Shown: positions 53,246 to 64,000 of the stretch, piece after piece | Layout of the letters: each line of letters starts with the position of its first letter | Numbering within the stretch: position 1 is the stretch's first letter | Assembly: GCF_018977255.1 (NCBI RefSeq) | Contig: NW_024704742.1 | Span: 7,566,001 to 7,630,000, forward strand | Reading direction: 5' to 3' | Length of the DNA stretch: 64,000 nucleotides | Origin: Callorhinchus milii | Taxonomy: Eukaryota | Made by a program: the position numbers and the translations under genes | Notes under the pieces: model-generated | Database searches by the model: none | Told to the model about the DNA's origin: nothing | Seen by the model: the letters and a program-made list of their open reading frames with translations, nothing else

Positions 53246-54149
53246 TTTCTCCTGGTCCAACACAGTGAGCATCTCACATCCACAACCACCTGCTTACATC
53301 AGCCCTGTATCTCGCTTGGGTTTGGGGATGTTAATATATTTAGGTTGGCTTTTATCCGTAGGAATCGGTGAAACATTCATCAAAAAATAACATATCACAG
53401 CGTTATGTACATAACAAGCAGTTTATTTTAATTCTGCTTAGAATTTTTGGAACGCTTTCCAGCTCAGTGGAGGCAGACTGGAAAATCATCAGTTATCCGT
53501 CATGATAGATGTCGCTTAACCTAATTACAGCTTTAAACGTGTGTGCCACCAGAGAACCACACATCAAATGACAAACAAAAAAGCACCATTTCTTTAGCAA
53601 TTAAGATAAACACATTTTTTACAAATTAACCACAACCATTAGAGTATTTAACGTGTCCCGTGTGTCCCCCCCACCATCCCCGCAAACGCTGTTGGAAGCA
53701 ATTTGATTCTGTGCAAGTTGAACATTCAATGCTTTTCCCCTCAGCAACACAGACAACAAAGGCTACATCAGTGGGCTTTTTATTGTAATCCCCATAACAC
53801 TATTTCACCGTGAACAAGCAACTGTGCAAATAAACATTGTTCAATATCAATTATCTGCTTTAACTCAAGTGAGCGTACCTGGCTTTGACATGACAGCGCA
53901 GCAGGAACCAGGGACTCTGCTTACACTCTACTTCTGCCGACAGGACCTCTCCTGCCATCAGGGTTCACACTGCACCACTTCGCCACTTAGTGTTGCATCT
54001 GGGGGCTGAGTCTCCATTGCACCCACTTGCCTCTAAGGTTTTTGAAATGTTGACATCATGTGTGAGGGAGAGAGGGTTTGTGTGTGGGGGGAGGGTTATG
54101 GTCTGATGATTGTAAAGTAGTTCATGTTGCGGCAACACCATTTGAGTGA

Positions 54150-54380
54150 GTGATTAACTAAATGTACGGAACAGGTACCCCAAAGAAACGGTGGAAGCAG
54201 AAAGTGTCGATTCCTCCAAGAACAAATTAGACAGATTTCTATAAGGAAACATTATCTCGGGACACAGTATACAGTTTGGGACATGACAATGTGCAAGCGG
54301 CTGCCAGGATGGTGGAAGGCGAACTGGATGGACCTTGGTCCTCTTTCTTCCAGCAAATTCTTGTGTTCTTACCATGTTCG
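54150..54380 (+). mobile_element. CR1-like LINE 3' end
   Basis: ETVEAESVDSSKNKLDRFL remnant plus ggatggaccttggtcc..ttcttgtgttctt tail. Confidence 0.65.
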
Positions 54381-56219
54381 TTGTGCAATTGTGTGCACTG
54401 CAAATTCACTCCTGTCCCTTTTAGGTGGGCTTCCTGGGAGGGAGTAGGAGTGTGATCCACTCCCAGGAAATTGCAGCTAATCTGCGCTAGATTAGTGAAC
54501 GGAAAAGTCAGTTCTTTTAACTGTTTAACAAACTAGCGAAGCAAATAAGTCTGTTTGTGGGTGTTAGTGACAGCTGTCGAGTGCTGAGGAGGCTCCACAA
54601 CTGTATGTGGCCCCAGAGTGCAAAGGTAGGTATTGAGCGATGGCAACAGCACCTTCACGAAGACCCACAGCATCCTCTGACAGCTAGCAGTTCACCATCA
54701 GGAGACAGGAAACTACCTTTGGGAAATGCACTAACTTTCTGAGGTGGTTGCACGCTATTCCCACAATCAATGAGTGCTATCTGTTCCGGCTGACGTAAGC
54801 TATTTAATCGTAGGTGTCTATATGACTCCGTGCATCTGCTGTTAATTCCCCTGGGCGTCTGGTTACCGTGCTGTATGGCTGCTGATGCTTAATCTGCCTT
54901 TTGCTGATTTATGGAAAAGTGAACACACCTTTCAGACCATAAACAAAAGCTTCTGATTACTAGTGATTATTCTGATTATTACCGTGGCTTGTGCTGTAAC
55001 AGGGATCTCAGCGAGGGCAGCCAGGGAACTAAAACTGAGGTTTTTTGTGATTCGGAAAGAGGGAGCAATCCCTCCTCTAAGGTCAGTCCTAACCACTATC
55101 CAGTGGCTCCTGATGGATTACCAAATCGGGCTCAGTTGTGATACTCCTCTTCTCCTCCCTCTCCACTATCACCACGACCCATACGGTTGAATAACCTGCT
55201 GACATTTTTGTTGTCTATGCTAAGTATAAAACAATGGTACTGATGACGCATCCTAATAAGTTACTTTTAATTACACTTTGCCCTCACCTGTAGCTCTTGA
55301 AAGATGCGATTCCAGACCTCCCCTCATAGTCAACCAGCTCTGGGATAATGCTGGAGCCAGGAAATGAGGAAGAGAAGGAGGGATGAAGAGAGGGAAGGAG
55401 GAAGTGAGGGAGCTTGAAATTGTGGCCATTGACAAAAATGTTAATGGTGGATCCTGGCTTAAAATGATGGATGATGATACTAGAGCCAGAACAGTGCTCT
55501 TTTTGCAGACACTTACATGTACAGACAGAGCTTACTGTGAATTGCATCTTGTTACACTTTCAATTTCATGCTTGCCCTGCTGAGCGCATTGGTGGGCTAG
55601 GTCCATTGAATAATAACAGGGTGCATCACAGTCCTGCTTGGAGCCTGGAGGCTAACTGGTGGGTATGCTCTTCTGAACAGTTCAGTAGTTCATCCAGGCC
55701 CAGAAGAAATGATCTTCATGAGCTTGATTTGGTCCACAGCGATGAAACACTGTCACAGACGGTGTGGTTTACACAGGATATACCAGATCGCAGTGACATC
55801 TATTCGTAAATCAGCAGAATATGTCAAGGCAATTTGGGAAGCCTAAATAAGCTGGTAAAGAGCATCTTGAGCACAGGATTTAAAAACAAACAGAGACAAA
55901 TCAGAGTTGATACAGTATTTTGGAAAAAAAAGGAAATAATATAACGAAAGGAATGACTCTAACCATTTGGGTTTGGTTCCCCTTACCAGATCTGATTACT
56001 TGATGTATGGACATTTGCATAATATCAGGACAGTATTATTCTATGACCATTCATTTGCAAACTGTAACATAACCGTATTAAAGACGCTCACCAAACAGAT
56101 CACTGCTTTTACTTGGAAGCCAAATGTTTAGTCGTGAACTTTAATTGAACTTTTCCCACATGCTCTTTCTCCCTCATATCTCTAAAATGCCTGATGTAAC
56201 TAGCTCGTGTCTGACTTAC

Positions 56220-56287
56220 TGTGACCATTATGGAAATGCATCTTCTCCTCTTCTGGATCTTGCTTTGCTTTGCTGTATCCACACCGC
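56220..56287 (-). CDS. epha5: EphA5 exon (68 nt): juxtamembrane
   Basis: aatctag|G CGG...CAC A|gtaagt; encodes [22 protein letters not shown], diagnostic of EphA5 among EphA paralogues. Confidence 0.97.
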
Positions 56288-56777
56288 CTAGATTACACAA
56301 ACAAAACAGCATTCATTAATCACAAGTTTCCAAATTAAAGACATGAATCAGACGGAAACCAGTTGTAAACATCGTTTGGCAATGAAGCTTGTTAGAAGTC
56401 TTTTTTTTCCTTTTTCGTTATTCTAGCTTTCAGCAGCAAAGTCATACTTGGCAGAGAGAAATCTCTTGTGGTCTTCTCGTATAAAAAGCTACAGCTGTTT
56501 AAGAGATTAGGCTGTGTGAAAGATATACCCAGCAGTTAAATTAATGTCACTGGGCACACAACAAGATCTTTACAATAACGCTGCACAAAAGAGGGACGCA
56601 GTTGAGATGAAATGCCACCGGGTCCTATCGGCCAAGTCTTCGTTTTCAGAAAATAGCAGGATTATTTCATTTGAAGGTCAAGTTTGGCACTTTATTTTGT
56701 TTCACATTAGGGCAATTTTTTGTGCATTTCAGCCTTGAGAAGAGACACTGTTGGGGTGTGTATCTAGAGTTAAACTA

Positions 56778-57170
56778 ACAATAATAATTGGTCACTCAAT
56801 CCACGACTGTTTGGGGAGACACTGCTGTGAGCAATTGGCTGCTGCATTTTGTCCACAAAATAAATAGTCAATTCACTTTACAGTATATTCTGCAAAGCAT
56901 TTTGAGAAACTATTATTATTATCATTGAGAACCTATTCCAGTTGATTATTTTCTGGGTAAAGAAACACTTCCATTTCCTAATGACTGTCCTAAGCCAATT
57001 GCATGCAGCAGTATCCCACAAACAGTCGTAGATTGAGTGACCAATTTTTTTTTTTTGAAGGAATAATTACCACCAGAAGAGCAATCCTTCAATCGACTAA
57101 CAACCGGGTTCCTCTTTACAGCTAGGCAAACAGAGGCGTGTAGAGTAAAGAAACTTGCCTAATGTTTCAG
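56778..57170. mobile_element. Two adjacent SINE fragments in opposite orientation
   Basis: 56778-56920 (+) and 56990-57170 (-). Confidence 0.8.
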
Positions 57171-58309
57171 GAATCGGTAATTATGTTTAAAAAAATGTAG
57201 ACTATCAAATGGAAGGATTATTATATCAAATGCAGGGATTATTATAAATTTGCAACAGTACAATAATCACTATTGGAGTATTAACTGTAAACGAACATGT
57301 GATGAGTAGATCTCAATGTCCTCGAGATACTGTGACAAAAAGGAAAACTCAAAATTTGTTATGATTTACTAGAAATATTTGAACCATCTCAAGATACATA
57401 TCTACATAAAACAAAGACCTTGAGTTACTTCAATATTAAGAGGCAATTTAAGTTCTGAGCGACTTATTTGCAACTTGTTTACCTGGTTTATATCACAAGT
57501 ATTTTGAGCAATGGCTGTGAGAAAAATTAAATCTACTAGGAATAGCCCTGAGCTGGAACCAACACCATGGGGCAATAAATGAACATTGGCACCTCTCATT
57601 TCCCTCCGCAAAGACAAATGACTTCCTGAATTCTTTCACTTTATAAGTTGCACGGAGTGATAATTGCATATTATGTGGTGTATTAGGCATTGCATTTTAA
57701 AGAGGCAAAAAGATTAATAATGTTGGATTAATACATTGGGTATCATTAACATCAGTGATATGAACAGTACTGTTAATGATTTGAAGAGTGATTGAACCAT
57801 GCAGCCACCAATCATTCTACAACCATGACATCATGCAAAAAAGGCACATTGTACCATCATTTGTACTTGGTATATTGTACCAGGGTTTAGGAATAATCAT
57901 GCAAATGACATATGGTCATGTTCTTAACTGCTTCCCTGCAACAGTATCTTAAATTTAAGGCGTGGAATCATTTTGAAAAGACTCGCAGCTTTCTAAACGT
58001 ATGTTTGAGCATTTAAGAGGATTATTTAAGGGGTGATTCCCTGATCCTCAGAAAACCTACCGAACATATTATACTCTGGTTGACAAAATTCCCAGCTCAT
58101 CAGTGAATCAACCACACAGGGCTAAATTTACACTGTGCGAAATGCCTTTAGTGATCCGCGATTGTAATGGAGAAATCCAATTAGTGTCTGACATCTTCAA
58201 AGGTGCAACGTGTGACACTGACCGAGTTTCAGCCACATTGTCCAAATAATTAAACAAACACGATGATTCATTCCTCTAGTAAACAAATTTCTGTTTATTC
58301 TGAGACCTT

Positions 58310-58495
58310 TGCGACCTTCTGGCCCTTATCAACTGGTCCGCTGCGTCCGCTCAGCAGGCTCCTGCCTGCTCCAAATCACCCACCTGGCCGGCCCGCCCCA
58401 CCATCAGCAGTCGGACCTTCAGCCTCTCTACCCCCACCCTTTGGAACTCCATCCCACATTCCCTTAGCCTCGCTCCCTCCCTTGCCCCTCCCTTG
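58310..58495 (+). mobile_element. L2 LINE internal 3' fragment
   Basis: ccaccatcagcagtcggaccttcagcc..tggaactcc, as in the other copies. Confidence 0.7.
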
Positions 58496-60374
58496 CTGAA
58501 CAGCTTCGATGGAACGTGTTCAAACACGGCAATAAAGTCTGCGAGCACAAAATGTCTTTTTCCAGAATCTAATTGATGGTCATTTGGTGTGCACAAGACT
58601 ACTTGATATTCTTCATTAATTCACAGAACATCTAAGGAGGACAATAACTAATTGGATAATTTTATTTGTAAGCTGTATTTTGGTAGCTGCCCATGCGGTT
58701 AATACATTTTCTTAGAAACGGCAGCACACTTCATTCAAGAGGATAATGCAGCTATTTACTGGCTCTGTAGACCATCGGTATTAGATTAAGGCCATGACTC
58801 CCAGGTGCAAAACAATGTCAGGAAGTAGTAAATGGTCATATTGTGTATTAAAGTGTTTGTTTCAGCTCCTCTCAATGACTTTGTGGGTGAACAGCAGATC
58901 ATGTCCCGGCAGGCATACTCAGGGACTTATTGAACACAGGTTTGCTGCCTGTGGCCCGGAGAATGTGGGACGTAATTCCGAGTGATAAAAAAGAAGCAAA
59001 CAGATAATCTGGGGAACTCTGGGCTGGTGAGCCTGACATCTGTTGGGAGGGAACACGTTGGAAAGTATCCTGTAGCTGTGAATAACAAGCACTTGGAGAT
59101 CTTCCGTGTGGAGACACAGCACTGCTTTGTGGAAAGGAGAACATGCACCACAAACATATCGGGAGCTGTTTGAGGAAATAACAAAGTTGTGGACAAAGGG
59201 AACTTGCTCGACAGGATATATTTAGATCTTAATAAAGCTTCTGACAGTGCCATACTGAAATTGATCCCCAAGGTTGGGGCAGTAGGGCGCAAAGGGGGAA
59301 GTTTCAGAAGCAATTGATAGCTATATACTGAGCTGAATAAGAAAAACTTTTGCATTTGACATAGAGCCTTTCACGATGCAATCACATCTCAAAGTACTTC
59401 ATAGAATGTATTACAAAGTCTGGTGACTGTGTATTTTGTAGGTGAAAGTGGCAGCCAATTGGCTCTCTGGAACTCTTTTCCAAAATACACGGTTAATACA
59501 ATTTATAGTAAATCCTGTGAAGATGTTCTCCTGACATGTAAGGTGCTATGTCAAATACAAGGATTTTTTTATTATTATTAAATACTTCCAAGGGAGATTT
59601 CGCTCAGTAATTACGTAAACCCAATTTACACAGAGCCCTGAAACAACAAAATATAAAGATTGTATGATGTGATTTTCTATCAAACTTCAGTTGACTGTTA
59701 AATTTCTGCACAAGATAACAGGTCAACCGGGTAAAGCAATACACCCAGTTACCAAATGGGATTTTGTAAGATTTTATTTCTGACTTGTTTTATTTCCTCA
59801 CAGTCATCGGTGTTTGCACTCCTGTTTACTTCCAGTCTTGTATTAGGTGGATAAGGATTTGTAACACTTAAGACCGTGGTGCATAAAACACCCTACTGTT
59901 AGTGAACTGAGAAATCAAAACTCATCAGCCCATCACTCTTCACTGCTTGTTCTTTTGGAACATGACTTAACTGTGAAATTCCTGTCTTCACTTCCTTTTA
60001 CTATCTACAGATGCGGAAAAGACGTACCTCTTTGATTATATGAATGTTAATTGTATTGTATGAGACTCGACATTAAGATCTCATCTTCCTGTTCTGGTGA
60101 ATGTTACTGATACAACAACAACAACAATATTCCATTTATACAGCGCCTTTCACGTCGGGAGGTCGTCCCAAGGCGCTGATCCCCTGACACCACGTAAAAA
60201 GAGAAGGGGGATTCTGATGTGTTTAAAATCCTTCACAAGCTTGAAATCCATTTTTTTTAAATAATAAAAACTAAAACAATGATAACTAATAGCACCGCAA
60301 TTTTCGGTGCAGAAGAGGAAACAAAGTAAGATTCAAATCACCTTCATTTCAACGGTGAAGAATTGAAAATAAGC

Positions 60375-60755
60375 TTCAACAACAACAACAACTTGCATTT
60401 ATATGGCGCTCTTCACGTGGGGTAGAGTCCCGGAGAGCTTGACAGTGGTGGACTCTGACCCCGAGCCGGGGGAAGAGGGAGGGGGGAGGTGACCGTCAGC
60501 AACGTCAAAAAGGACGGTCTTTAGGCGGGATTTGAAAGTGGGGAGGGAGGGGGGCGAGGCGGAGGGATTGAGGGAGGGAGTTCCAGAGCTTCAGGGAGTA
60601 GTGGGTGAAAGCACGGTCACAGAGAGTGGAGCGGAGGGGACGAGGGACAAACAGGAGCCCGGAGCCAGCCGAGCGGGAGGCAGCGGGTGGTGGAGTGGGG
60701 GGGTAAGCAGGCCGGATGGGTAGGGAGGTGCGAGGGCATGAAACGATTTGAAATC
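60375..60755 (-). mobile_element. L2 LINE 3' fragment
   Basis: DRAFTHYSLKLWNSLPQSLRLAP motif; (ttg)n tail. Confidence 0.85.
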
Positions 60756-61189
60756 GAATGTGGGAAACCTCCATTCCCACATAGCTGAGAATATCATACA
60801 CATACCATAGAATCCGGACACGCACCGTTTGCTCACTTACTCTCTTGTAACATTTGATGATTGTTTCTCCTACTGTCCAGGCAGTTAGTCAGCCAGTCAC
60901 TGATGCTACGAAGGTGCCAGACTGAATGATTAATGTCACTGTTCAGCACTGATCTGGACAGCGACAACTGATATCTGAGTGGCAGAGTGACGCAAGTGAA
61001 TTCAATCCTCGCTAATTTAGGCCTGAAAGAAACAGTACCTTTCCTTTTCCTAAAACAAGTGTGATTGCCGAAGGCCACGTTTGTCATTAATTGAAGAAAC
61101 AACGGATATTTCATGATTAAAGTGTCACTTGCAATAAAGCGTATTAATTTTCGCGAGAAAAGTCAGCAGGTTATTCACACGTTCCTTAC

Positions 61190-61292
61190 CTTCCGCTCAG
61201 GAGCAGCCCAGTGAGCACAGCGAGCAGGATTAGACCCACAGCGACAGAGACACCGATGATGGGCACCTGGCTCTGATCACCAGCAGGTAAGG
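61190..61292 (-). CDS. epha5: EphA5 exon (103 nt): transmembrane helix
   Basis: tttatag|CC...GGA AG|gtaagg; encodes (S)LPAGDQSQVPIIGVSVAVGLILLAVLTGLLLSG(R), compare human EphA5 DQSQIPVIAVSVTVGVILLAVVIGVLLSG; not in ORF track. Confidence 0.95.
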
Positions 61293-61344
61293 CTATAAAT
61301 AATGAGGAGGAAGAAAAATTGTAACAAAGAACATAGCGCAAATC

Positions 61345-61740
61345 AACAGCTACAACAATGTGCATTTATAAAGTGCCCCTTCATGCAGGGGAGCACAACT
61401 CCGAGCCATGGGGGGGTGGGGGGGGGCGAAGGGGGAGGTGACCGTAGGCACGGTCGAATTGGAAGGTCTTAAGGCGCGATCTGAAGTTGGGGAAGGAAAG
61501 GGCGAGGCGGAGGGATAGAGGAAGAGTGTTCCAGAGTTTCAGAGCACAGTAGCTGAAAGAGCGGGCAACGATGGTGGAACGGAGGGCACGGGGGACAAGC
61601 AGAAGGCAGGAGCCAGTCGAGCTGAGGCAGCGGGTTGTGGGTCGGGGGTGGTTAAGCAGGTCGGAGGGGTTGGGAGGTGCCAGGGTACGAAGGGATTTGA
61701 AAACCAGTGTGAGGATCTTATCGATTTATATGAAAGTAAC
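61345..61740 (-). mobile_element. L2 LINE 3' fragment ending ~50 nt before the TM-exon acceptor
   Basis: Similar to the 60375 copy. Confidence 0.82.
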
Positions 61741-62592
61741 GCATACAGAAAGCTAATGTTTTTTTTAGATCGCAATAATTTACTGTACTAACTTCCAGCA
61801 ACAAATAAAACGCTGTTAAAAAATCCAAACTTAAAACCGTGTTAATTCTGGAATTCTTTCCAATGGAGCTGCGTGCACAGCAATTCGTCATTTTTTTTGA
61901 CACAAAATAATTTCCAAAACCCCCATTGAATCCACCGCTTCTTTGCGAAAGGAAAGTGGCCTCTTCTCCTCGACCCACAACAACCACTTCCGCTTCACGT
62001 CACCTACTTTAATCTGTACGTTCACTCGTATTGTAACGGTCTTGAGCCTGCACAGCTTGTGAGCTTGGACCTTCGATGGGCTTCAACTTTGAGCCCTCCA
62101 AGATGCCATGTGGCGTGACAGGCGCTACATGAATGCAAGTTGTTGCTGTTGTTCAATGATCTTGAAGGAGCCACTGTTATAAACAATCTTGGGTGAGGAG
62201 CCCAAGATATCAATTTATCTCAGTTGCCCACAACATGAAAACCGACACAGCGCCTTTTAAAACAACCTGAAGATACTCTGTGTGTTTCAGAATTCTCCAT
62301 TGCACCTTTAGCAAACCTTTTTGCTCTTCAACGACAGAGCGGATCTATTATCACCCATTGTTGTCTTGTATTTCCTCCTTTCCCTCTTTCTTCTAACATC
62401 TACAGTAATGATTTTTTTTGCTCCTCTGTCAAGCAGCGTAGTAAAATGAATGACGTTTTAATTTATAATACTGCTGAGATTCTTTGAACGGGGTGCAAGA
62501 GCAAACATGGGACTGGCAAGGACATCTCATTCCTTGCTGACCTGCAGACTGTCTGAGCAGCTAATAGGAATGTCAGTAAATATCCTTGCGAT

Positions 62593-62924
62593 CGTTGCAT
62601 TTGATATAGCGCCTTATCACGTCTTTGAGACGTCCCAAAGCGCTTCACAGAATACACTGTAAAGTGAATTGACTCTATATTTTGTGGGCATAACGCAGCA
62701 GCCAATTGTCCCACAAACAGTCGTGGATTGAGTGATCAATTTATTCTGATTTAATTTCTTTTGAAGGAATTATTACCCCCGGAAAAGCGATCTGCCAATC
62801 GACTAACAACCGGGTTCCTACTTACTGCGAGGTAAACAGAGGCGTACGGAGTATATGAACTTGCCTAACATTTCGCCCTGCCCGGGAATCGAATCTAGTG
62901 CTTTAAACACCGAGTTACAGGACT
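62593..62924 (-). mobile_element. Near full-length SINE starting ~16 nt downstream of an EphA5 splice donor
   Basis: Head with deletion, low-divergence body and tail. Confidence 0.88.
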
Positions 62925-62940
62925 AAAGAAAAGGACTTAC

Positions 62941-63100
62941 AGACCGGGCTGGTTTCAAATTCAAATTTGAGGCTGTAGTCCCCGTATCCTGCTGCTGTGC
63001 GAGCTCGTATCTGAAAGATGTACACTGTCGTAGGTTTCAGGCCATCTGCAGTAATCTGGGTCTCTCTGGATTTGATAATGGTGTAGCTGGTCTCCTGGTC
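62941..63100 (-). CDS. epha5: EphA5 exon (160 nt): C-terminal part of second fibronectin type-III domain; upstream exons lie beyond the window end
   Basis: tttaag|GAC...GTC T|gtaagt; encodes [53 protein letters not shown], matching the EphA5 FN3-2 sequence; phase 0 to 1. Confidence 0.96.
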
Positions 63101-64000
63101 CTTAAAGATAATGGAGTACAAAGTGAAGATATCAGGGTTGAACAGTGAGGCTGCATCTCACCCAGGGTTTCACGCTGGCATTTCACGAGATAAGATGCAT
63201 TGTTTAAACAATTTGTCAATCAATGGCTAACCGCTGTTCAAATATTCAATCATTATCATTTCTTTGTATTCGAATTAGTTCAGCAGTGAGGCATGAGGCA
63301 TCCCAGGATTTGCTGCCATTGCTGAACAGTCCTCGAAAGAAAAGCCTAATTGTCTGGAATGCAGATAAGACCCAGTGAAAACTCACTCTTGCGGCTAGCG
63401 AGGGAACGTTATGCTCCAGTGGTAAGAAGAAGCATTCCTGAACACGTTTCGCTAGGAAACGGGACTCAGAGAGGCAACTCCCACTTTCCTCTGTCTGAGA
63501 TGTCCTGCTCCAGCCAGAATGTTCACTTTTATTATTAATAATGAAGCCAATACTGACCCGCTTCGTATCCATCGCCCCGGCCCACCCCACCATTGGCAGG
63601 TGAGCTTTCTGTAATTGTACCTCTGCCTCCCTCCTCACTTTTAAAAGCCTGGCCTAAGATTTACCTCTTTGAACATGTTTTTGGACATCTCTCTCCCCCA
63701 CCCACCACCCCACCTTCAGTTTCCCTTCCCCTAGCTCAGGTGTCTATTCCTCCCGATATTAAAGTGGTTATGTAAACGGTTATTTAATATTTTGCACTTG
63801 AAAAAGCACATTGAGCAGCCGAATGATACAGGTTCTACTTTCCTACGTCATACAATTCAAACCTCACCCGAGCGAGTATCACAAATCAGGTACGGACAGA
63901 CTGTGGCGCGGACATAATCTCCTCGTGCTCACTCACTTTGCAATTACAGATTTCTATCACCGATTGATTCCCATTGCCGTGATCAATTTATGCCAGAAAA

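Noticed and set aside
56288..61189. Direct homologue of the mammalian Cys-rich optional exon (SCCECGCGRA...)
   Set aside because: No recognisable match by eye; a tblastn search would be needed to exclude it

Overview
Eukaryotic (vertebrate) genomic DNA. The repeat content (tRNA-headed Deu-domain SINEs, L2/CR1 LINE fragments, a shark-type Penelope terminal repeat) suggests a cartilaginous fish, possibly a chimaera; this is inference. The only protein-coding gene I can support is the 3' part of EphA5 (ephrin type-A receptor 5) on the minus strand. Eleven GT-AG exons between 63100 and 32233 splice in frame to 506 codons plus stop and encode the end of FN3 domain 2, the TM helix, juxtamembrane region, kinase, SAM domain and PDZ-type tail. 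A ~3.4 kb repeat-free 3'UTR follows, to about 28.8 kb. Positions 1-28.7 kb are intergenic and rich in retroposons, with a strong CTCF motif and a few repeat-free islands. Nearly all other ORFs in the track are LINE remnants or noise. The most interesting unannotated signals are: (1) several candidate alternative exons in the juxtamembrane introns of EphA5 (a 63-nt in-frame cassette, a 182/186-nt exon with tandem donors, and stop-containing exons); (2) a hammerhead-ribozyme core from a Penelope relic on the sense strand of an intron; (3) a duplicated 35-nt intronic motif; (4) Cys->Ser and Met->Ile changes at normally conserved kinase positions. I see no strong evidence for a wholly new biological system. 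Repeat boundaries are approximate (read by eye); exon boundaries were checked base by base.
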